DNA from: Tetramitus jugosus
Lineage: Eukaryota > Protista > Heterolobosea
Length of the DNA stretch: 64,000 nt
Direction of reading: 5' to 3'
Assembly (NCBI GenBank): GCA_937625935.1
Contig: OW569367.1
Span: 248,001 to 312,000, forward strand
Made by a program: the position numbers and the translations under genes. The notes under the pieces were generated by a model. It did not search any database. It saw only the letters and a list, made by a program, of their open reading frames with translations, and was not told the origin of the DNA. Positions 55,657 through 64,000 of the stretch are shown one piece after another; position 1 is the first letter of the stretch; every line of letters starts with the position of its first letter.

Positions 55657-55884
55657 ATGAATCCATTTGACAAACCACTGCTCAACTGGGAAGGTAACGA
55701 AGATGAACACGAGGAATGGGTTCATGAGGAAGAAGGCAATGAACCCGTGAAGAAAATTGAAGAAACAGAAGATAAAGCCGATGAGTCTCAATTTACGACT
55801 GGTCATGGCCACTCTACTCATTACAAGGTGTTGGATCAACCGATCGAACACGAGAAGGAAGATGAATCAAAGCAACTGTTATAA
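55657..55884 (+). CDS. Small acidic protein (75 aa)
   Basis: ACAATG start context; Glu-rich ORF occupying its own intergenic slot. Confidence 0.55.
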   Translation: MNPFDKPLLNWEGNEDEHEEWVHEEEGNEPVKKIEETEDKADESQFTTGHGHSTHYKVLDQPIEHEKEDESKQLL

Positions 55885-56161
55885 CAAACAGTGCTGCCTT
55901 TCCTTGTAATTACATAAACGATCATATTGTCGTCGCACCCAGACGTTCCTCAAGTGAATATCTTGTCGTGTGCTCAATTATTTTTAGATATTTCACGTTG
56001 TATCCTTATTATCGGAATCGATTGAAAACTCCTGAGGACTGAAGCACACGCATTGAAAAGCAAATAAAACAACATCTCTCGCTCTGAGCTTTTGAATAGA
56101 AAACACGTAAAAGATCGTCCAACTATTTTGTTAATCGAGAGTTATTTTCCATTTGGTATCC

Positions 56162-57183
56162 ATGAATCAAACAACTATCAATGCAATATCCGGAGCAATT
56201 AGTGGAATAGTGGTCAGTGCGACCATGTCACCCCTGGATGTCGTGAAAACAAGGTTGCAAGTCTCAAGACTACCCAGGAACGAAGTTTCCCAGCGTTTGC
56301 CCGCCATAATGAAGGAAATGTACAGAGAAGAAGGACTTCGGGCATTTTACAAGGGAATGGGAACTACGATGATGGGTTATGCTCCTTCATGGGCTATCTA
56401 CTTTGTAACATACCAACACGCCCGATCATCTTTCAGCAAGTACATTCAAAGTATGTCTCGATCGATTTTTCAACAACAAAACTAATCTTTCTTCGCAATG
56501 TCACTAATTTCTCATACTTTGTCACTTTAGATGAAAATTTGGCCAACGTTGCTAGCTCGATAACTGCAGGTGCCGTCAATAACGTATTCACAGCTCCCAT
56601 CTGGACCATCAGAACGAGAATGCAAACACAAATCGATCATTCACGGTACAAGAATTCTTTTGACGCCCTGTCTAAGGTCATACGAACAGAGGGTGTAGCT
56701 GCGCTGTACAGAGGCCTTATGCCATCTATGATTGGCCTTGTGCATGTGGCCATTCAATTTCCCCTATATGAGAAATTTAAGAAAGATTTGAGTAGGAGAA
56801 AAGCTGCAGCCTCCAGTGACAACACTCTTCCACATCATGACGATAATAACCTAGCACCACATGATATACTCTTGGCTTCTTCCACCTCTAAAATAGTGGC
56901 AAGCGTGGCGGCCTATCCGCACGAAGTACTGCGCTCCAGATTACAAGATTATTCAAGAAACCTTCAAATGTCCGGAGCTCGGCCTTACAATAACATGCTA
57001 GATGCCATGTCAAGTATACTTAAACAGGAAGGAATCAGAGGATTCTATCGAGGCCTGAACACTAACTTGATTCGAACTGTTCCTGCAGCAGTCATCACAT
57101 TGACAACATTCGAAATGAGTGCCAAGTTTCTGAAGAAGACTCGAGGAGTAGTGGAGCAATCTGGCGAGGCCCAGCATGCTTGA
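56162..57183 (+). CDS. Mitochondrial carrier, NAD+/folate-FAD transporter type (NDT1/SLC25A32-like); exons 56162..56450, 56531..57183
   Basis: Intron 56451..56530 (GTATGT...CTAAT...TAG). PLDVVKTRLQ, PIWTIRTRMQ, HVAIQFPLYE and YPHEVLRSRLQ. Confidence 0.9.
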
Positions 57184-57453
57184 ACAACAAGAGCAAATTC
57201 CAGACAGAATTGAGGACAGCCCGCAAGGAGATACCCTGCTTAGATTTCTTTTTCGGAACGAAAATTGTTGATAGAAAACTCCTATTGTCCCCTCCAGGAA
57301 ACTCCTACAAAAACGGCTCGGTCAACCAGGATTTTTTTCACACGCCCTTCAGAGCTCCGTTGGTGCGTGTAAACTTTTCAGATCTTCCCAGTGCCGTTGC
57401 TCAAGAAACAAACAAACTCACTTCAACAACAACTTAAACAAAAAGTCATAAAA

Positions 57454-58383
57454 ATGTCTGAATCCCAAAGACCTAGCCCTCTTGTTTCTTTCCTTACCGA
57501 TTTGGCTGCTGGTGGTGTCGCCGGTGGTGTCTCCAAGACTGTTGTCGCTCCAATTGAGAGAGTCAAGCTCTTGTTGCAAGTTCAAGCTGCTTCTACTCAA
57601 ATTGCAAAGGACCAACAATACAAGGGTATTATTGACTGCTTCAGCAGAGTTTCCAAGGAACAAGGTGTTGCTTCCTTGTGGAGAGGTAACTTGGCTAACG
57701 TCATCAGATACTTCCCAACTCAAGCTTTGAACTTTGCCTTCAAGGACAAGTACAAGAAGCTTTTCGTTAGACATAACCCAAAGACTGACTTCTGGAAGTT
57801 CTTTGCTGGAAATTTGGCTTCTGGTGGTGCTGCTGGTGCAACCTCTTTGATGTTCGTCTACCCATTGGATTTCGCTAGAACTAGATTGGGTGCTGATGTC
57901 GGTAAGGGTGATGCCAGACAATTCACTGGTCTTGGTAACTGTATCTCCACCATCTACAAGTCTGATGGTGCTAAGGGATTGTACCAAGGATTCGGTGTCT
58001 CTGTTGGAGGTATCATTGTCTACAGAGCTGCTTTCTTCGGTGGTTATGATACTGCCAAGCAAGTCTTGTTGAAGGACCCAAAGAACTCTCCATTCTGGCA
58101 AAACTGGATGGTCGCTCAAGTCGTTACAACTGCTGCTGGTGTCATTTCTTATCCATTCGACACTGTCAGAAGAAGAATGATGATGCAAGCCGGTCGTGGT
58201 GAGATTATGTACACCAGCACCTTTGACTGCTGGAAGAAGATTGCTGCCGCTGAAGGTCCAAAGGGTTTCTTCAAGGGTGCCTTGTCCAACGCTATCAGAG
58301 GATCTGGTGGTGCTATTGTCTTGGTCTTGTATGACGAAATCCAAAAGGCTATGGGCTTCGAAGGTGGTGCTGGTGGCGAATAA
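57454..58383 (+). CDS. AAC: ADP/ATP translocase
   Basis: [25 protein letters not shown] and the RRRMMM signature. Confidence 0.98.
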   Translation: MSESQRPSPLVSFLTDLAAGGVAGGVSKTVVAPIERVKLLLQVQAASTQIAKDQQYKGIIDCFSRVSKEQGVASLWRGNLANVIRYFPTQALNFAFKDKYKKLFVRHNPKTDFWKFFAGNLASGGAAGATSLMFVYPLDFARTRLGADVGKGDARQFTGLGNCISTIYKSDGAKGLYQGFGVSVGGIIVYRAAFFGGYDTAKQVLLKDPKNSPFWQNWMVAQVVTTAAGVISYPFDTVRRRMMMQAGRGEIMYTSTFDCWKKIAAAEGPKGFFKGALSNAIRGSGGAIVLVLYDEIQKAMGFEGGAGGE

Positions 58384-58659
58384 GCGCTCAAACACTCGGG
58401 TTATAAATGTTTTTTTATCTAAAAGTTGGTGCTGTTTATTTTCTTGTCTTGATGTATAGTTCATCATAGGTTGTCCCTGGGTCAATCTTTCGCACAAAAA
58501 TCAAGTCCTTCAACTCGGTCATGAAAGCAAATAGAGTCACAAAGAGTAGCAGAAGGATCTGCAAACGTGTCATTAGAAATTGATCTTCTCTTTTTTTTGT
58601 TCTTATCCAAGGCAAAGAACTAACAAGTAAGAGAAACAATTCATTGCAAAGTAAATATA

Positions 58660-59691
58660 ATGACTAACACAACGTCCAAGGTGATTCAAGAAGAAATTGT
58701 TCGCACTGTGATTGAACGACATTTTCCAAGCCACTCGATCAGTTCTATCAAGGATACCTCCAAAGGATGCGACAATTTTGTGTTTATTGTTGAGCTTCAA
58801 TCGGTTGCTTCAAATGAGAATGAAGATAGTACTGACGATGATGATTTGTTGACAGTGGTTGTGCGTGTGCCTCAGAAATCAGGTCAACAACAGGAGACTT
58901 CGAACGATGATGATAAGGAGTTTACATTCGAATCATTTCCCATGCATAGGCCATGCAAACAAGCATGGGTGCTTAATTTGATTCAAAAGTATGTGCCTGA
59001 CTTGTCTGTTCCACGATTACTTGCCTTGGATTTGGCCAATGATTCATACATGATTGAGAGCTATATTCCAGGTCGTGATATGGCTGATTGGGAGCTGAGT
59101 TCCTCGCAACAACAAGGAGTCATATTAGAGTTGGGATCCGTGATGAAGAAACTTCATTCCATTCCACTATCCAAGTTTGGTTACATGAGTGAGGTGGAGG
59201 GTGTCGCTCAGTTTGACAATTGGTATCAAATGTTCAGTGACGACTATGTTTCCAATGTGCAACAATGTGCGGACTCGGGGTTCATTTCCAAAGAGACTGA
59301 AGGCCAGTTGAACCAAATATTCACAGATATGAGAGCTTATCTTGAGTCGTATGATACTCCTAGCTTTGTTCATGCTGATCTTTGCAGCAACAACATTCGA
59401 TTGAAGCTTGACGAGCAATCAGGTGCTGTGACCATATCAGGAGTTATTGACTTTGCAGATTTGATCAGTGGCGACGGGTTATATGACATTGGACGCTTCC
59501 TTTCTCACATGGGTGGAGATTGGAGTATGGTGACTATGCTGGAGCAAACCTATGGCACATTTGAGCCTCAACAGCTCAATGCTATCCGCTTCTATGCACT
59601 CTACTTTTGCACATGGCTGTTCTCAATGTGTAAAACTGAAGAATCAATCACCAAGTATCGAACCATTCTCGATCGATTGTTACAACAATAA
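58660..59691 (+). CDS. Aminoglycoside phosphotransferase/choline kinase-family protein
   Basis: VVVRVP, VPRLL, MKKLHSIP, FVHADLCSNNI, GVIDFAD and GDGLYDI. Confidence 0.85.
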   Translation: MTNTTSKVIQEEIVRTVIERHFPSHSISSIKDTSKGCDNFVFIVELQSVASNENEDSTDDDDLLTVVVRVPQKSGQQQETSNDDDKEFTFESFPMHRPCKQAWVLNLIQKYVPDLSVPRLLALDLANDSYMIESYIPGRDMADWELSSSQQQGVILELGSVMKKLHSIPLSKFGYMSEVEGVAQFDNWYQMFSDDYVSNVQQCADSGFISKETEGQLNQIFTDMRAYLESYDTPSFVHADLCSNNIRLKLDEQSGAVTISGVIDFADLISGDGLYDIGRFLSHMGGDWSMVTMLEQTYGTFEPQQLNAIRFYALYFCTWLFSMCKTEESITKYRTILDRLLQQ

Positions 59692-59855
59692 CTGACTCGA
59701 AATCTGTCACATAAAAATAAAAACATAACTTTTTATGGTCATGTTTTTGGTTTCGACCTGCACCAGGATCTTCGTTCCTCGCAAAAAGAACAACCTTTGA
59801 ATTTCACCAATAGCCGAACTCAAATAACAACAAGATTTACAAAAAACAACACACA

Positions 59856-61772
59856 ATGACGACCAAAGCAAAGAGTGGGATTGACGAAGATATCGTGCGT
59901 CAATGTACCTCATCTGAATTATTAAAAATTTCCTATGAACACAGATTCATGGTAGCAAAGGAATTTTGTTGTCTCGTGGATCGACATGTCGTTCGTCTTG
60001 CGAGTCCAGAAGTGCAAGAGATGATGATGAAAGAGATGACAAGAACGAATGGTGAAGCGGTGAAGAACGGTAGTGAAAACAAAGATGTCAATGACGATGA
60101 TGATGATGATGAGAAGCAAAAAGAAGAGGAGGGCAAGAGCTTGAAAAAGGCTAGTCACTTGAATCAGGTGATTCGAGTATTGAACAGAGTGATCAAGGGA
60201 TTGGGAATTGAGACTCAATCGGATAGAGATTCGTTGCTCTATGAGATTGGTACTGCTCAGGTAACAACGGTCAAGAGTGGAGAGTACAGTGAATATGGTG
60301 ATTTTGATGAACTGAGTTCGGATCAAGAAGATGGAACGATGATTCATTTGAAACCGAGAAATAATTTTAATGCGTTGAGAAAGGATTTGTCGGATACGGA
60401 GCGATGGGTCGTACTGTGGAACTTGTTGTTGTTGAGTGTGAGCGATGGAGTGTATGATTCGAGGATACGTGTTGTGTTGAATCATATGGCTCACCATTTG
60501 GGCGTACCCATTTCGAGATTTAGAGCCGCAGAGGAAGGAATTGCAATTGAGTTGAACAAGGCTTTGTTGGATAGTCTCAAAGACATTGCAAAGAAAAATA
60601 ATACGTCCAACAGAAACAAATATTGGGCGGTTGGTATTGCAGGTGCTTTGGGAGGAGGTGCACTGTTACTTACGGGTGGATTAGCGGCTCCATTTGTTAT
60701 TCCTGCTGTTGGCGCTGTGATTGCTAGTGCAAGTGGATTATCGGCTGCTATTGGTTTGGGCGCAATAGGTGCTGCTGCAGCGACTGCTGCTACAACGCTT
60801 TTAACTGTCGGAGGAGTTCCGATGATTACCACATTGTTTGGTGTTTATGGTGCGAGTCTGGCAGGATCTGTTATGAATAAGAGAATGTCAGGTTTGAACA
60901 CTTTTCACTTCAAATCAATATCTTCAGCTCCTTCTTCACCTCAACCAGAAGTCCCACACGCGCACGGAGGAATGCAAGTAATCATTACGATCTCAGGTCT
61001 TGTGAACGATAAGAAGGATATGGGGCAGGAGTGGATACACACTGAGAGTTTATTGGAAGGGTTTGGAGACTTGAATACTCTGATTTACGATCCAGATATC
61101 ATGGAGGGATTAACCCATGTCGTGAAGAATTTGATTGTTTCAAAGATTGCGTCTACTCTGAAGAGTTTTTGGATAGGAATTATCAGTACGACATTATCTG
61201 CTGCTATATCATCTCTAACTTGGCCACTCTCAGTTCTGAGTTTAACCGCTGTGGTTTCTAATCCGTACACACTAGCTGTCGATAGAGCTGAGAAGTGCGG
61301 TCGTCTTCTCGCAAAGGTATTGTATGAGGATCATGTTCAAGGTAATCGACCTGTGACTTTAGTAGGTTCCTCTTTGGGTGCTCGGGCAATCTTTTATTGT
61401 TGTGAAGAGTTGGCCAAGAATGATCAGAAGGGTATCATTGAAAACATATTTCTCATTGGTGCCCCTGTGAGCACAGACCCCAGCGAGGAGCAACGATGGG
61501 TTGCAGTTCGAAGTGTAGTTGCTGGTCGTTTAGTCAATGCTTATTCGAAGAACGATTGGGTGTTAGCGACTCTATACAGAGTCATGAACTTGTCATTTAA
61601 TGTTGCTGGGTTGTTTCCAATTGACAAGTACGATTCATTGGGAGACAACCAGATTGAGAACATTGATCTGGCAGGACTTGTTGAGAGTCACTTTGACTAC
61701 ACAAAGCCAGATCGTATGAAACATATATTAGCACAGCTCCAACTAGAAGATTCAGTCGTGCATGTCGAATAG
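59856..61772 (+). CDS. TMCO4/DUF726 family alpha/beta-hydrolase-like membrane protein
   Basis: DGVYDSR, LTGGLAAP, QGNRPVTLVGSSLGAR and VVAGRLVNAYSKNDWVL. Confidence 0.9.
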   Translation: MTTKAKSGIDEDIVRQCTSSELLKISYEHRFMVAKEFCCLVDRHVVRLASPEVQEMMMKEMTRTNGEAVKNGSENKDVNDDDDDDEKQKEEEGKSLKKASHLNQVIRVLNRVIKGLGIETQSDRDSLLYEIGTAQVTTVKSGEYSEYGDFDELSSDQEDGTMIHLKPRNNFNALRKDLSDTERWVVLWNLLLLSVSDGVYDSRIRVVLNHMAHHLGVPISRFRAAEEGIAIELNKALLDSLKDIAKKNNTSNRNKYWAVGIAGALGGGALLLTGGLAAPFVIPAVGAVIASASGLSAAIGLGAIGAAAATAATTLLTVGGVPMITTLFGVYGASLAGSVMNKRMSGLNTFHFKSISSAPSSPQPEVPHAHGGMQVIITISGLVNDKKDMGQEWIHTESLLEGFGDLNTLIYDPDIMEGLTHVVKNLIVSKIASTLKSFWIGIISTTLSAAISSLTWPLSVLSLTAVVSNPYTLAVDRAEKCGRLLAKVLYEDHVQGNRPVTLVGSSLGARAIFYCCEELAKNDQKGIIENIFLIGAPVSTDPSEEQRWVAVRSVVAGRLVNAYSKNDWVLATLYRVMNLSFNVAGLFPIDKYDSLGDNQIENIDLAGLVESHFDYTKPDRMKHILAQLQLEDSVVHVE

Positions 61773-62002
61773 GGAGGACTCAGATACCTCGAGTTACAAC
61801 CTACAATATTGTTTATAGCATGCCCGTCCATCATTCTGAGCAGACATTGTAAATAACCAAACAGAATAAAAAATGTAAATCCACAACGCCAACCGGAAAA
61901 ATCCCTGTCAAGACTTATGACGGATGACATTAATCCTTCGGGCCAGACAGAATCCCAGAAAACAAAAGACAAACACTTGAGCAAGCAATCCAAACAACCT
62001 CA

Positions 62003-63820
62003 ATGACCATGGAATCGACTATTCATTACAGCAGTGACAGTGACGAAGGAGAAGGCACGGAAACCGATCATCAACAATTTGATGAAGAAGATGAAGAACA
62101 ATTCTTTGAATTCGATGATCAAAACCACATGAGTGGAGACGACGAGAGGGCAACAGACAATGACGACGAATCTGAATTCAAACAAGTTCATTATCATTCA
62201 AGTTCCGATAATGAAGAAGAAGAAATTGTAAACGTTTACAATGATCAAGAGGAAGTGAGTGAACAGATTCAGGACAATGATGATGATGAGAATGGTAGTA
62301 GCGATGATGGTAGTGGTAGTACTGAACACAATGCACATCATTCGTTTATTCGTCAACGATTGCTTCAAGAAGAATCGGAGAATGATTCTGAAGGAGTTTC
62401 GGAGAAAATATTTGAAGTGGATTTGGAGATCTCGGATGACCGATTTGCCAATATTTATAATCAGGAGGAGTTTGCGGATTCAGTGTTTTATTTGGTGAGT
62501 ACGGGTAAGGTGATTTATGTGTCAAAGGCCATTATTGCTGCTCAGTCACCATTGATGAAGAACTTGTTTCATGTGGACAATTTGATTCGCAGTGGAGATC
62601 CATATTCGGAGAACAATTTTGGTGATAAACATGTGGTGGAGATTGATAGTGACGAGGATGCGTTTGAAGCAATGGTTTGCTACATGTACACTGGACGATT
62701 GAAGTGCATGTACACTGATTTGTTTCCATTGTTGAAATTGTCGCGTCAATTCAGAGTGGATCGACTCAACTATCATTGCGTTCAATTCTTGTCACGAGAG
62801 ATTGATATCGATAATTGCTTGGACGTTTATCTGTTTTGTGAGACGGAGCATTCGAATCACGAGGTGCTGGAGTTGGATGTCAAATTGAAGAAGAAGTGTC
62901 TATCGTTTATGACGAGAAATTTTAAGGAGTTTATAGAGACGGAGCGATTTGCTCAGATATGTACAATAGGAGTATTAACAATGCTTCTGAATATGGATAT
63001 TTTAAAGGTACATGATGAATCAGTTGTCTTACAGAGTATTGTAACATGGGTCAATGGTAATTTGGATCATAGATTGCAGTATGTGGCTGAACTCTTGTCA
63101 TTGGTACGATTGGATCACGTATCAACAGAACACTTGTACACATTGCTCGTTGAGAATAGTTGGTTGAATGAACACGATCAGTTTGCAAAGAGAGTGAACT
63201 TTTCACTCTTTCACAAACTTTTTCGGTTAATGAAGACTGAGCCTCCACAATTAGTCGATTCTTTCAGTGTTGATAAAAGCGAAATGCCTTCGATTCTTAC
63301 AACATACCGAAGTGAAACTCCAAGAGCAATAAGTAATGACCCTAAGGATGATATAGAGGTGTTCCGTGGTACTGTTGACTTGAAATCAGGATGGATTCAA
63401 GTGAACAAGAAGAGAGATGCTATCGATGTGACAGTAAGAAACAAGAGTGTGCATTTGATTGGAATAGGAGTGAACAGCGGCATGAAACCTGGACAACACG
63501 TTGCATCCATACAGGTTATGGACGGCAATGATATTCTTTTAGACCAACAATTCGAATGGAATGGTGCAGATAAGGAGAGTCAAACTGGCTATCGAAAGCT
63601 GATGTTCCGAGAGAGTCCCATCTATTTATCAGTTGGAAAAACTGTGAGTATATCCGTTTTGATGAAGGGACCATTCACCACACAAACAAACAATGGACAG
63701 TCGACTGTCGTTGTGAACAATGATACTGATGATATTCTATTCGAGTTCTCAAACTCGTCCAAAGATGCGAATAATACGTCTGTTCAAAAGGGACAAATTC
63801 CATGTTTATATATCCAATAA
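62003..63820 (+). CDS. BTB/POZ-BACK protein with a PHR-like C-terminus and acidic N-terminus
   Basis: FADSVF...IIAAQSP...AFEAMVCYMYTG (BTB), ESVVLQSIVTWV...LLSLVRL (BACK) and NNTSVQKGQIPCLY (PHR-like end). Confidence 0.88.
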   Translation: MTMESTIHYSSDSDEGEGTETDHQQFDEEDEEQFFEFDDQNHMSGDDERATDNDDESEFKQVHYHSSSDNEEEEIVNVYNDQEEVSEQIQDNDDDENGSSDDGSGSTEHNAHHSFIRQRLLQEESENDSEGVSEKIFEVDLEISDDRFANIYNQEEFADSVFYLVSTGKVIYVSKAIIAAQSPLMKNLFHVDNLIRSGDPYSENNFGDKHVVEIDSDEDAFEAMVCYMYTGRLKCMYTDLFPLLKLSRQFRVDRLNYHCVQFLSREIDIDNCLDVYLFCETEHSNHEVLELDVKLKKKCLSFMTRNFKEFIETERFAQICTIGVLTMLLNMDILKVHDESVVLQSIVTWVNGNLDHRLQYVAELLSLVRLDHVSTEHLYTLLVENSWLNEHDQFAKRVNFSLFHKLFRLMKTEPPQLVDSFSVDKSEMPSILTTYRSETPRAISNDPKDDIEVFRGTVDLKSGWIQVNKKRDAIDVTVRNKSVHLIGIGVNSGMKPGQHVASIQVMDGNDILLDQQFEWNGADKESQTGYRKLMFRESPIYLSVGKTVSISVLMKGPFTTQTNNGQSTVVVNNDTDDILFEFSNSSKDANNTSVQKGQIPCLYIQ

Positions 63821-64000
63821 ATCATGGAACTTTCAGAATCACAATACAGAAGTTTACTTATGCAAGTAATCGGCCTCCCCACTGGTAGATTCGGTGAATG
63901 ATAGCTGAAAGTTTACTGCTCAGAAGTCACCTTATTATAGAACAAGACCTGGTGAGTGGCTTCCAATATTTGCTAATTCATCTGATTGAACATTTAGATA

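Noticed and set aside
57418-58497. 359-aa antisense ORF over the ADP/ATP carrier
   Set aside because: Shadow ORF. Strong codon bias (few TTA/CTA/TCA codons) removes antisense stops, and the product has no recognisable motifs.
1-64000. CRISPR arrays, transposons, rRNA/tRNA genes, alternative genetic code
   Set aside because: No spaced repeat arrays, transposase or RT motifs, or RNA gene signatures were seen. TAA, TAG and TGA all terminate conserved proteins at the expected positions.

Overview
Gene-dense nuclear DNA from a microbial eukaryote using the standard genetic code, with intergenic gaps of about 40-800 bp. I can support about 36 protein-coding genes. I inferred 10 short GT-AG introns (77-131 nt) by hand; each joins the reading frame correctly and most lie near gene 5' ends. 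Two genes (SERF and a SPEC3/Stum paralog) are absent from the ORF track. The overall style (compact, intron-poor, soluble HMG-CoA reductase with a presequence, PCTAIRE CDK, Cys-rich 7TM protein) suggests a Discoba/heterolobosean-type protist; this is inference only. Recognisable genes include FAM227-like, PRDX5, urocanase, two atypical small GTPases, a CDK, spermidine synthase, hemerythrin-like, mS23-like, PRP22, CDC5L, HUWE1/TOM1, APC11, cofilin, a DUSP, two SPEC3/Stum paralogs, SCCPDH, HMGR, a divergent adenylate kinase, V-ATPase D, SERF, a GNAT, a 7TM protein, a TPR protein, two mitochondrial carriers, an APH-family kinase, TMCO4 and a BTB-BACK-PHR protein. I saw no rRNA, tRNA, CRISPR array or mobile element. 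The best candidate for an undescribed system is the spermidine synthase locus. It has two AUGA-overlapping uORFs in a structured leader, a multi-arm RNA element with an alternative fold right after the UGA stop, and an 86-codon in-frame open tail. Together these suggest polyamine-responsive translational control. All family calls come from motif recognition by eye; no searches were run.
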